Shown one piece after another: positions 47,057 through 56,347 of a DNA stretch of 64,000 bases (the stretch's first letter is position 1; each line of letters begins with the position of its first letter). The notes under the pieces were generated by a model that was not told the origin of the DNA, ran no database searches, and saw nothing but the letters and a program-made list of their open reading frames with translations. A program made the translations under genes and the position numbers. This stretch comes from Minisyncoccota bacterium (GTDB lineage Bacteria; Patescibacteriota; Minisyncoccia; UBA6257; 1-14-0-10-44-23), in the NCBI GenBank assembly GCA_041389085.1, contig JAWKSL010000001.1, forward strand, positions 228,542-292,541. The letters are read 5' to 3'.

Positions 47057-47507
47057 CTACAAGCAATAATTGTATTGGTTGGTTTCATCTGACTGATGGC
47101 ACTCTCTACTACTTTCTTGCCATTCACTCTCTTTTACTTCTGAGAAAAACTCATCGCCTTCTATTTCGCAGTCTACTTCGGTAGCTGGAACGTTTTATCC
47201 TACTCGGAAGAGCTTCTTTATATGCCTGCTCCGCCAAAAATGAATGGTTTTTGCCTTCCTCTACTTTTGTCAGGGCTTATCAGGCTGTGGGCGGCAAATA
47301 TCTGGGGCAGCAAATGCTTTGTCTGAAGTTGAGTACGATGTTTGTCTGTTTGGGAGCGCTTTGCCGATGGACTCCATTTTTTGCGTCCCATGATGGTGCA
47401 TTTCCTGTTGTGAGTTCTTTTACTCTTTGCATGTCACTTTTAGACGCAAGGTACTTGCCAGCTCCAATGCAGCGGTTTTTTGAGTATGCAACGATAAGAT
47501 AGAGCAT
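47057..47507 (-). pseudogene. second dihydrofolate reductase copy, pseudogene (inverted relative to intact folA)
   Basis: Pieces in different frames: LMLYLIVAYSKNRCIG...TTGNA...; PFIFGGAGIYKEALP; GDEFFSEVKESEWQESS...NYCL. Confidence 0.55.
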
Positions 47508-47617
47508 TAAATTGCTACTGGAATGTCTTTTATTCCTGGGTGTGGGTTGTGGTCGGTAGCTCAAAGTCGTCTTTTCTAAACTTAACAAATCGGTATTGTC
47601 GAGTGCCAGTTTGTTAT

Positions 47618-48368
47618 TTACAGTGGGCGCCCTCGCTCAAGCATTTGCTGCAACATCTTGGTCATATATGTGCGTCTGAAAAGCTGTGCAAATTCGCGGA
47701 ATATTTGTAAGCTTTGCGAAGCATCATTAGGGCGCATACTGCACCATGTTGCTTGGCACTCCGACTGGCACGTCGGCACTTCTTTGTATCATGTGCCGTC
47801 AAAAACACCGTCCTGCGGTAACGTGTGTACCCAGCCGTGACAAAGGACAAATTGCGCTTTTTGTGTCTTCCCCTCTCCCCTTCCAGTGTTGGGAGCCTGC
47901 AGGTTACAAAGTGAGTTCTTAGGGTGTGGAAATTCTTTTATCTGCTCAGCAACATAGCAGACAGTTATAGATCACCAGCAACTAGAAGACGGAGTATTGA
48001 ATGCTGCTCCGTGTGAGCCAGGGCCCAAATCTCCTGTTTCGATCACTTTTTGCGCCTCTTCCGTTGCCCATGGTCCCCACCAACCGTAGCTTTCAATTTC
48101 TTCTAGCGTTCTCGCTCCATTTATAAAAGCAATAATCTCGGCAATTGCTTGCTTCCATATAGTTACCGGCAATCGATCTGACTCTTTTGGGTATGTTGCT
48201 TTCATTGATGATTGGAAACCCGTTTCTAGTTTGAAGTGGAGGGATCGTGGTCCGATCCGGTAATAGCATCTACTCCTTGTTGTTTTCACGAATAGTTCCC
48301 TTGTCGAGAATTTCTTGAAGGAGCTCTTTATATTGTGTATCCGGGGTCCTTTGATCGATTGGGTTCAT
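47618..48368 (-). pseudogene. thyA: thymidylate synthase ThyA pseudogene (frameshifts, stops and substitutions)
   Basis: Pieces in different frames: MNPIDQRTPDTQYKELLQEILDKGT; RSLHFKLETGF...IWKQAIAEI...EEIESYGWWGPWATEE...GDLGP; YQRSADVPVGVPSNMVQYAP; ALMML; SDAHI; QQMLERGRPL. Confidence 0.6.
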
Positions 48369-48454
48369 GCTTTTGGGTGGGTTATTTTCTTAGTATATCA
48401 GTAGCTCTGGCCAATAAACTCTTGCCGGTAGAGCTTCTGGTATTCTCAGCTTCT

Positions 48455-49122
48455 ATGAAAGTAGAACTACAAAGCCAGCGTACGCGACATTTTGGAGTCG
48501 CAAGGTTGAGACACTTCGCTCTGAGGGCCTTATTCCTGCTGAGCTATATGGAAATGAAATTGAAAACCAGCACCTTAGTGTTGATGCAAAGAGCTTTAAC
48601 AAAGCTTTCGACCGAGCTGGAGAAAACACACGCAGACTATGCCATTGATGGAAGGTTTTGCCGGTGCTGCCCGCTGTACAGACCCACTACCTTAGTGGTG
48701 ACGTTATCGCTATCGACTTCTACGCGCCAAACTTGAAGAGGCGAAGAAGTTACTGTTTCTGTGCCAATAGTATTTAAAGGTGAGAGCCCTGCAGTAAAGG
48801 GAGGAGATGGATCTTCGTGCCTTCACTCGAAGAGCTCGAAGTTGAGTGTTTGCCTACCGCAATCCCTCACGAGTTTGAAGTAGACATTTCTTCACTCGCT
48901 AAAGTTGGAGACTCAATTCTTGTAAAAGATATTGCTGTTCCAGCTGGGGTAAAGGTAGCTGTTGAAGGCGAAACCTCAGTAGCAAGTATCGCTGCAAAGA
49001 TGACTGAAGAGGAAGACGCAGCTATGAGTGCTGAAGCGGACGTTGCAGCAGTGTCTGTAGAGGGAGAAAAGAAGGAAGACGAAGCTGCTGAAGGAGCTGA
49101 AAGCGCTGAAGCTTCTGAGTAA
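48455..49122 (+). pseudogene. rplY: ribosomal protein L25/Ctc with at least four frameshifts; every segment is still well conserved
   Basis: Segments in different frames: MKVELQSQRT | TFWSRKVETLRSEGLIPAELYGNEIENQHLSVDAKSFNKAFDRAGENT | ADYAIDG | KVLPVLPAVQTHYLSGDVIAIDFYAPNL | TVSVPIVFKGESPAVKGGDG | LEELEVECLPTAIPHEFEVDISSL... Confidence 0.6.
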
Positions 49123-49186
49123 GAAGAATCTCATATATACGTTTTAGAAAGACCCGCTGTCCATTCTTCATGTTATAATTTCTCTT

Positions 49187-50634
49187 ATGAGCGAGGAAAC
49201 CGCGTACATATTTTTGGATGTAAAAAGTGAGAGATTGCACAGTTTTTCTAACCGCGATAGGCAGGTTGCTCTTTCGGGTTCATATACTCACTCTCGTGTG
49301 TTTGGATTTGTGAAGTTTGCTGCGGTTCTCGTGGTTATTTTGACCTTTGTGCTTGGCTTCGCTATCGCCCCTCAGGGTTCTGAGAAGAGCCTGGCAGTTG
49401 CGGCAAATAAAACGAGCGAGCGAGCCGACCTTGAAAAGGAGCTTGCTGAGCTTGAAGCTCAAATGAAGGTGTATTCGGCTCAGGCTGCTCAGTATCGACA
49501 CCAAGGAAACACTCTTCAGAGCGAAATAGACAGGCTTGATGGGCAAATAGCTCAACTCGAGCGTCAGATCCGCACGATCACTCTTACCCTTGATAAGCTA
49601 AGCGATGAAATAGTGGAGACTGAAAGCACTATTATCACCACAGAAGAGCGCCTCGACCAAGCGCGCAGCGCGGTAGCAAACACGCTTCAGTACGTATACG
49701 AAAGATCAAAGAGAGCTTGGTAGCTGTGTTGCTTAAGAACCAAACTTAGAGCTTCTTCTCTGAAGTAAATGATTTGCTTGATGTGCAGGGCACTCTTTCA
49801 AACAAGATAAAGGAAATGACCAACCTTAGGGATAATCTTCTTGAAGAAAAGGAGCTTCTTGCGCTTCAGAAGGATGATGCGATAAGGCTTGCGCAGTTTC
49901 AGGCTGAGCAAAAAAAGTCTGTGTTGAGCACGAAGAGTCAGAAAGACGTTATTCTTGAGGAAACTCGCGGCAAAGAGGCTACCTACCAAGACCTTTATGT
50001 AAAAACTAAGCAGAGTGCAGACGAAATTCGATCAAGAATATTCCGTCTTCTTGGCGGAGGAGAGATGACCTTCGAACAGGCGTACAATTATGCCAAATAT
50101 TCAAATGGCCTCACTGGTATTCGCCCAGCGTTTCTTCTTGCGATTCTTCAGCAAGAGAGCGCGCTCGGAAAGAACGTAGGAAAGTGTAACTATCGAGACG
50201 CCATGGCTCCTGGCCCTCCAACGTCTCGTCGCGATGACATAACTCCATTTTTGCAGATCACGGCTGAGCTCGGTTTAGACCCTGACCAGACGCTTGTTTC
50301 TTGCGCTATCTCTACAGACGGTGCTTACGGAGGAGCTATGGGCCCAAGCCAATTTATTCCTACTACCTGGATGTACTACAAGGATAGAGTTTCAAAGCTT
50401 ACTGGCAACAGCCCCGCTAGCCCATGGAACAATGGAGACGCTTTCGTAGCTACTGGGCTTTACCTGTCTGATGCTATGAACTCATGCTCTCAATACAGCG
50501 GTACTGACCAAGAGCGTTGTGCCGCCGCCCGTTACTACGCAGGAGGAAACTGGCAAACCCACCTTTGGACTTATGGAGAGCGCGTAATAGCTCGAGCGGC
50601 TCAATTTGAGGCTGACATTGAGATAATCCGCTAG
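49187..50634 (+). pseudogene. coiled-coil + SLT_2/MltB-like lytic transglycosylase, split by frameshifts near 49720-49775
   Basis: The 49187 ORF (coiled coil) and the 49774 ORF (…GAMGPSQFIPTTW lytic-transglycosylase motif) are joined by an intermediate frame reading RKIKESLVAVLLKNQ. Confidence 0.5.
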
Positions 50635-50636
50635 TT

Positions 50637-51416
50637 TTGATTTTTAGGCCTGGTTTGGTTTATAGTAGCCATACTATGCCAGAGAACGATATACGCTCAC
50701 TGCTTATCGATGGGCTTAAACGTAAGCACCTTACCCCTGAAAGGCTTCAGGGGCTTACTGAAGTTCCTATGCACTACCTCGACAGTCTCCTCGCTGGAGA
50801 CTGGGCTGATTTGCCTGCGCGTCCATACGTTCGTGGCTACCTTATAAAAATTGCTCGTGAGCTCGATCTGGACGAAGACGATCTTTTAGATCGCTATCAA
50901 AACCAATTTCTTGCAGCTTCTGGATCTTTTGACTCACTTCCAGGCAATCGCTTTGCGCTCCCCTCTTTTAAATATCGAAAGCTTCTTATTCCTTTCGCGG
51001 TATTGGTAGTAATTATTTACGCTGTTTTCTTTACCATCTCTTCACGCACTCCTTATCTGGAGCTTGTAACTCCACCAAACGAAAGCCTGGAACCATATGC
51101 AGTAAACACGCCAGAAATAGTGCTCGAAGGTAGTGTTGAGGAGGGAGACAATGTTTTCATTAATGGCGACCAAGTAGAGGTAGATAGTACTGGCACGTTT
51201 CAATATCCATATACTCTCTCTTTAGGGCTTAACACTATAGAGTTTCGTGTAAGCCGCTTCTTGGGTAAGGAAATACGGGTTATAACCCAGGTATTTTTTG
51301 AACGCACACCGGTGATTATTGAGGATAGCAGCGACGATTCTCAGCTTTTAGAGGCTACTGATGAGCCTGCAAGTAGCTCGGTTGAGCTTGATAGTGAGGA
51401 TGATACAATAAATTAA
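50637..51416 (+). CDS. RodZ-like HTH membrane protein
   Basis: N-terminal HTH ([23 protein letters not shown]), one TM, and an acidic C-terminus. Confidence 0.45.
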   Translation: MIFRPGLVYSSHTMPENDIRSLLIDGLKRKHLTPERLQGLTEVPMHYLDSLLAGDWADLPARPYVRGYLIKIARELDLDEDDLLDRYQNQFLAASGSFDSLPGNRFALPSFKYRKLLIPFAVLVVIIYAVFFTISSRTPYLELVTPPNESLEPYAVNTPEIVLEGSVEEGDNVFINGDQVEVDSTGTFQYPYTLSLGLNTIEFRVSRFLGKEIRVITQVFFERTPVIIEDSSDDSQLLEATDEPASSSVELDSEDDTIN

Positions 51417-51435
51417 ACAATTAAGAGCACATACT

Positions 51436-52461
51436 ATGGCAAAAACTAAAAAGAAAGCAGCTGACGAAGGGGAAGAAAAGAAGGGAAGCATCGCCGATTT
51501 GGTAGAAGAGCTTCAGGGAAAGTTTGGAGAGGGTGCGCTCATGACTCTTGGTGAGGCGCGCAAGGTAAACGTAGACGTTATCTCTACCGGATCTTTTTCT
51601 CTCGACCTTGCTCTTGGAGTAAATGGTTTACCAAAGGGAAGAATCATCGAAGTCTATGGGCCAGAGAGTAGCGGTAAGACTACTCTTGCTCTTAACGTAA
51701 TAGCGCAGGCGCAAAAGAAGGGAGAGCGCTGCGCGTTTGTCGATGCAGAACACGCGCTCGACCCTGTGTATGCTAAAAACCTTGGAGTGAAGGTAAACGA
51801 GCTTCTTATTTCTCAGCCTGACAACGGAGAGGAAGCTCTCAACATCGTAGACAGTCTTGTGCGTAGCGGAATGATTTCTGTAGTCGTTGTAGACTCTGTG
51901 GCTGCGCTTACTCCTCGTGCGGAAATTGAAGGAGAGATGGGAGCTCAGTTTATGGGGCTTCAGGCTCGTATGATGAGCCAAGCTCTTCGAAAGCTTACTG
52001 CTATCGCAGCTCGCCACAACGTACTTATCATCTTCATCAACCAGATTCGTATGAAGATTGGTGTGATGTTTGGTAGCCCTGAAACTACTCCTGGAGGAAA
52101 GGCGCTAAAGTTTTCTTCTTCGGTGCGTCTCGACATTCGCCGTATTGCTCAAATTAAGAAAGGAGAAGAAGTGGTCGGAGGGCGCATTAAGGTAAAGATC
52201 GTGAAGAATAAGGTAGCTCCCCCATTTAAAATCGCCGAGTTTAACATTATGTACGGCACAGGAATTTCTTATGAAGCCGATGTGTTGCAGGCTGGAATAA
52301 AGTATGGAGTTGTAGAGAAGAAAGCAGCGAGCTATTCGTTTAACGGAGAAAAAATTGCCGTTGGACTTGAGAAGGCAGCGGAGAGGCTTGTAGAAGACAA
52401 GAAGCTTTTGAAGGAAATAGAGAAAGCAACAACCAAGCAGGCGCTTGTAGCAGAAGAATAA
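51436..52461 (+). CDS. recA: recombinase RecA
   Basis: [12 protein letters not shown] Walker A and L2-loop motifs. Confidence 0.9.
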   Translation: MAKTKKKAADEGEEKKGSIADLVEELQGKFGEGALMTLGEARKVNVDVISTGSFSLDLALGVNGLPKGRIIEVYGPESSGKTTLALNVIAQAQKKGERCAFVDAEHALDPVYAKNLGVKVNELLISQPDNGEEALNIVDSLVRSGMISVVVVDSVAALTPRAEIEGEMGAQFMGLQARMMSQALRKLTAIAARHNVLIIFINQIRMKIGVMFGSPETTPGGKALKFSSSVRLDIRRIAQIKKGEEVVGGRIKVKIVKNKVAPPFKIAEFNIMYGTGISYEADVLQAGIKYGVVEKKAASYSFNGEKIAVGLEKAAERLVEDKKLLKEIEKATTKQALVAEE

Positions 52462-52464
52462 TTT

Positions 52465-52488
52465 AAAAACCGCCCAAGGGCGGTTTTT
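52465..52488. terminator. bidirectional terminator
   Basis: Hairpin aaaaaccgcccaagggcggttttt. Confidence 0.6.
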
Positions 52489-52491
52489 GTT

Positions 52492-52902
52492 TTAGCCTTT
52501 TACGGCAGTGATGCAGTCGAGTACCGTCTGGTAGTGTTCTTGGAAAATAAGATAGTGTGTTTCTACTTTCTCAGGGTTTCCGATGAGAATAGTTTTTTTA
52601 CCAAGAGCAAATGCCATTCCTGCTTCGATATGTGAACTGTTTCCTGCTGGGAGCAACATGATAAACACGTCGCTTTCCCTTAAGCCTTCAAGATCTTGCT
52701 CGTAGAGCTGGCGAATTTCAGCGTCGCTCTTCCAGTCTTTGTTTTTAAACTTTTCTTGATCGTCTTTGAGTTCGCTTTCCGGTACGAAGTTTCGCTTATC
52801 GCTTACATAGGAGAATACTTCGTTCCCAAGGGCACTCAGGTTTTCTGTAAGGAGCTGGACTTGTTTCATGTTTTTCCAGCTGCTGGCTATGAAATATTTC
52901 AT
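52492..52902 (-). CDS. nucleoside 2-deoxyribosyltransferase-like / YtoQ-like protein (136 aa)
   Basis: …VFIMLLPAGNSSHIEAGMAFALGKKTILIG… The ORF-track N-terminal Q-rich extension (to 53115) is the antisense reading of the next gene and is rejected. Confidence 0.4.
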   Translation of the reverse strand: MKYFIASSWKNMKQVQLLTENLSALGNEVFSYVSDKRNFVPESELKDDQEKFKNKDWKSDAEIRQLYEQDLEGLRESDVFIMLLPAGNSSHIEAGMAFALGKKTILIGNPEKVETHYLIFQEHYQTVLDCITAVKG

Positions 52903-52945
52903 ACCCTTAAGGATAGCAAATATAGGGCCTGGCCGGCTATAAAGT

Positions 52946-52968
52946 AAAACCCCCCTTTCGGGGGGTTC
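52946..52968 (-). terminator. terminator of the acidic mini-protein gene
   Basis: Hairpin aacccccctttcggggggtt followed by a T-run on the minus strand. Confidence 0.55.
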
Positions 52969-52972
52969 TGAT

Positions 52973-53149
52973 TTACATTGCTGCTGGTGTTTCTCCCTCT
53001 TGTGGAGCTTCTGGTGCAGCTGCTGGCATTTCTGCTGGCGCAGCATCTCCTCCTTCTGCTGGAGCTGCTGGTTCAGCTGCTGGCATTGCTGGTGCTGGAG
53101 TTGCGTTATCGTCACCTCCCATACCAGGGTTCATGTTTTGGTCGTCCAT
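52973..53149 (-). CDS. 58-aa acidic P/A/E-rich (disordered-type) mini-protein
   Basis: MDDQNMNPGMGGDDNATPAPAMPAAEPAAPAEGGDAAPAEMPAAAPEAPQEGETPAAM; internal DNA repeats (cagctgctggcatt x2); own terminator; lies 77 nt downstream of the ATP-grasp gene. Confidence 0.45.
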   Translation of the reverse strand: MDDQNMNPGMGGDDNATPAPAMPAAEPAAPAEGGDAAPAEMPAAAPEAPQEGETPAAM

Positions 53150-53229
53150 AACAAAAACAAAATAACGGATTTATATTTGACCTTTGGACTACATATAGAG
53201 TGTAGCAAAAAAATCCCTATAGCCCAACC

Positions 53230-54510
53230 TTATTTTGTTTTTATGACAATAAGTTGCTCGAGGCGACGAATGTCGGCAAGAAGCTTTGATCTATCTTTGT
53301 TGAACATTATGACGTTGGCAATGCTCTTGCCTCCGTTTTTTGCAAAGCGTGCCTTGTCCCCCACTTTTGCTTTTGAGTGGATGCTGTGGAAGGAAGCAAG
53401 CTTTTCTATACGTTTAATTCCTTTGAGCTGAGTGATAGTTCCTTCTTTCTTTGCAAAGAGCTTGAGTGCGGCTGTATAGCCTTTCTTTTTCTTCGTAAGA
53501 CGTGGTGTCTTTGGAATGCGGATAAGAATATCGTTCATTGAGTGGTCGATGCCAAACGAAAGCTTGTACATGTCTACTCTAAAGCCTCCGATGCGTGGTC
53601 CTATTTCAATCACCTTGAAGCCGTCTTCGGTGCGGATAAACTCGATGTGTACTGTAGTGCTTCTTAGCCCGATAGCTTTTACTGACTTTTCAGCAACTTC
53701 TTCGAGTGATTTTATAGACTTTGGCTTAAGTATTGTTGGCGTTATCTGCTGGTAGCCAAAGAAGTCGTCGAAGCCAATAGCTTTTCCTGTTTTGATGTGG
53801 CATGGAGGGCACCAGTAGGACTTTCCTCGAGAATTTACGTATCCGTCGATAGAGTACATATCGCCTTCCATAAACTGTTCAACAAGAACGCGTGGCTCCA
53901 TCTTTCTTCCCTCCTTCTTATATACACCCTTTATTCTCTTAAAGGTTTTCTTAAGCGTGTCTTTAAGTTCATCTTCGTGGTAGCAGATACTTACGAGCAA
54001 GCTTGCTCCAAGGTCTGCGGGTTTCAGTATGAGTGGGAAGCCTACCTTGTTGCTTATCTTTGAAAGGCTGCTCTTACTCATGTCTGAAACGATTGTGAAC
54101 TTTGGAGTAATAGAGCGGTCGTACGCTGTGAAGCGGCGGCGCATCATTATCTTGTCGATAGCCCAAAGAAGGCTGTCTTTAGTAGGGGTTCTTAGATATG
54201 GCACATGTGGCACTACGCGTGCCATGTGTGGCACGTCCTCTTCTCCACGTGTAGTGATAGCGATAAGCTCCTCTTCGTATGGGCGAAGAGCTTTGGTGAT
54301 TTTGTATGGATTGTGGAGGTCGCACTTTATGTCGATAACGCCCCACTCCTTAAGCTTCTTTCTGGTAGCGAGTGGAAGCTTCTTTTTTGAGTGTCTGATT
54401 GTAGCGATTCTGAACTTTTCTCCTGTTTTTTTCTCGTATTCACGGATAGACTTTACGGCGCTTGGAAGAATGCTTCCTACGTAAAGAATGATATTTCTTT
54501 TCTTTCGCAT
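53230..54510 (-). CDS. ATP-grasp family ligase
   Basis: …FPLILKPADLGASLLVSICYHEDEL…RVLVEQFMEGDMYSIDGYV… ATP-grasp core; MRKKRNIILYV is the likely start. Confidence 0.65.
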   Translation of the reverse strand: MRKKRNIILYVGSILPSAVKSIREYEKKTGEKFRIATIRHSKKKLPLATRKKLKEWGVIDIKCDLHNPYKITKALRPYEEELIAITTRGEEDVPHMARVVPHVPYLRTPTKDSLLWAIDKIMMRRRFTAYDRSITPKFTIVSDMSKSSLSKISNKVGFPLILKPADLGASLLVSICYHEDELKDTLKKTFKRIKGVYKKEGRKMEPRVLVEQFMEGDMYSIDGYVNSRGKSYWCPPCHIKTGKAIGFDDFFGYQQITPTILKPKSIKSLEEVAEKSVKAIGLRSTTVHIEFIRTEDGFKVIEIGPRIGGFRVDMYKLSFGIDHSMNDILIRIPKTPRLTKKKKGYTAALKLFAKKEGTITQLKGIKRIEKLASFHSIHSKAKVGDKARFAKNGGKSIANVIMFNKDRSKLLADIRRLEQLIVIKTK

Positions 54511-54629
54511 ACGTTTTATTAAACTACAAACCCGGCATATCACCGGGCTCTCGTTTTATTTATTGACTCTAGTATATTTCCTATTGAGGTGCTGGTCAAT
54601 GGCTTATATTTGCGCTAGATTGTGCCTAT

Positions 54630-55436
54630 ATGAATACCATTGCAGAGATATTATTGGTTGGATTTGGCATCATGCTCGTGAGCCTTTCAGGTGTTTTATT
54701 CCTTGGTGGGCTTACCCAGCGTTGGCTTTCGAAAAACCTGCCTCTTTTGCTTAGTTTTTCCGCTGGAGTGTTCTTTCTTACCGCCTTTGACCTTGTGCGA
54801 GAATCGTTTGAGCTTTTGAGCGCAACATTCGCTGGGCTTTCTGTTTTGGGAGGCTACCTTCTCTTTCTTTTGCTTCAGCGCGCTATACCGGAGAGCCATC
54901 ACCACCACGGAGCGGACGATTGCGACGATTCTCACAATGAAAGAAGCGCGCTCCGCATTCTCTTAGGAGACGCTATTCATAATGCTGGTGACGGCATTCT
55001 TCTCGTTCCTGCCTTCTTGGCAAGTCCTGCACTCGGCTTTGCTACTTCCATTAGTATCTTTGCTCACGAGTTCCTTCAGGAGATTTCTGAATTCTTCATC
55101 CTTAAAGGCGCTGGCTACTCTACCGGCAAGGCGCTCGCCCGAAACTTCTTTGCCTCTTCTACTATTCTTGTTGGTATCTTTCTTGGTTTTATTCTTCAGT
55201 CTTTGGGCGAGGTGCAGGGTGTGTTGCTCGGTGTTGCAGCAGGAGGATTTCTCTACATCGTTTTTCACGATTTAATCTTGCACCGATCAACTTCGCTTAA
55301 GGGAAAGAGGTTTGTGTTTCACGTTGTTGCCTTTCTCTTTGGTGCAGTTGCCATTCTTTATATTGGCTCGCTCTTTGTGCATGGGCATGGGGTTGAGTCT
55401 GACCAACACGATCAAGAAATTTTACATCTAGAATAA
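54630..55436 (+). CDS. ZIP-family metal (zinc) transporter
   Basis: Eight-TM-type hydrophobicity, a His-rich loop (SHHHHGADDCDDSHNE), and HNAGDG/HEF motifs. Confidence 0.6.
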   Translation: MNTIAEILLVGFGIMLVSLSGVLFLGGLTQRWLSKNLPLLLSFSAGVFFLTAFDLVRESFELLSATFAGLSVLGGYLLFLLLQRAIPESHHHHGADDCDDSHNERSALRILLGDAIHNAGDGILLVPAFLASPALGFATSISIFAHEFLQEISEFFILKGAGYSTGKALARNFFASSTILVGIFLGFILQSLGEVQGVLLGVAAGGFLYIVFHDLILHRSTSLKGKRFVFHVVAFLFGAVAILYIGSLFVHGHGVESDQHDQEILHLE

Positions 55437-55458
55437 AAGCCCCGTTGGGGCTTTTATT

Positions 55459-55848
55459 TTACTCTGTTGTTTGTCCGTCGAAGTGTTCTTCTTTCTCTTC
55501 TTCTTTTGTCTTGTGCACGGTTTGATCTTTGTGCTCTGGTGGAGAGTAGATTGAATAAATCTTCAGGTCAGTATCTGACTCGTTTATAACGTTGTGCCAG
55601 GTTTCGCGCGGTATAACGATGGCGAAATCCGCTTCTACGATGTGCTCTTCACTATTGTTGAGCACTACTTTTGCCCTCCCCTGCTCGACGCGGATAAACT
55701 GGTCGAGGTGGTGCATCTCATTTCCTATCTCCTGCCCTGGCTTGATGCACATAAGAACAAGCTGGCTGTACTTACTGGTGTACAGCACGCGACGATAGTC
55801 GGTGTTTTCAAGAGTTTCCTTCTCTATGTTTGTAATAAATCCTTTCAT
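55459..55848 (-). CDS. cupin-domain protein
   Basis: Two-His/Glu cupin motif pattern (…GNEMHHLDQFIRV…); 129 aa. Confidence 0.55.
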   Translation of the reverse strand: MKGFITNIEKETLENTDYRRVLYTSKYSQLVLMCIKPGQEIGNEMHHLDQFIRVEQGRAKVVLNNSEEHIVEADFAIVIPRETWHNVINESDTDLKIYSIYSPPEHKDQTVHKTKEEEKEEHFDGQTTE

Positions 55849-55891
55849 AGAAGTATTTTTTACTTTTAAAAGAGACCTTTTGCTCTGTTTG

Positions 55892-55963
55892 GGTGCCTGA
55901 CGGGAATTGAACCCGCGCCACCGCTGCCACAGAGCGGAGCTCTACCACTGAGCTACAGGCACC
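55892..55963 (-). tRNA. tRNA-His (GTG)
   Basis: Manual cloverleaf: G-1 present, anticodon loop CUGUGGC, T-loop TTCAATT, discriminator C; no CCA encoded. Confidence 0.8.
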
Positions 55964-55977
55964 ATAGTCTTCTTAGC

Positions 55978-56052
55978 TGGTGCCGCGGGGGTGAATCGAA
56001 CACCCGACACGACGCTCTTCAGGCGTCTGCTCTACCACTGAGCTACCGCGGC
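55978..56052 (-). tRNA. tRNA-Phe (GAA)
   Basis: Manual cloverleaf: anticodon loop CUGAAGA, T-loop TTCGATT, CCA encoded. Confidence 0.85.
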
Positions 56053-56347
56053 TTAATTTCTTCTAAAAAGATGATGCTTATTGTAGTTTGCTGGGGGTCA
56101 AAAAGCAAGCAATTTGGTGTTTCAAAATTTCATTTGGCAACCTATCCACATTGTGGTGAAAAAACACCCTTTTTCTATATTGACTGGCCCTCTATCGACC
56201 ACGCTACAATTGTACAACTGGGGGAAGGCTCGTTTCTTCGCAAGAGGAAACAAATCTTCTCCTTTATTTTCAAAATTAATTTATAAACGTTAGTTCATTA
56301 CAAACTCTATGACATCTCGCGCATCGCTGAAAAGCACGGATCTCAAA

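Noticed and set aside
44850-48300. Possibility that this gene-poor stretch is an rRNA operon, CRISPR array or large known ncRNA
   Set aside because: No conserved 16S/23S motifs, no regularly spaced direct repeats, and no RNase P or tmRNA signatures. Instead recognisable thyA, folA and comEB protein fragments were found.
48455-49122. Programmed ribosomal frameshifting in rplY
   Set aside because: At least four shifts in both directions within 650 nt, with no slippery heptamer or pseudoknot at each site. Indels, either real and very recent or from sequencing error, fit better.
52903-53115. Q-rich N-terminal extension of the deoxyribosyltransferase-like ORF
   Set aside because: It is the antisense or other-frame reading of the acidic mini-protein gene and its terminator hairpin.
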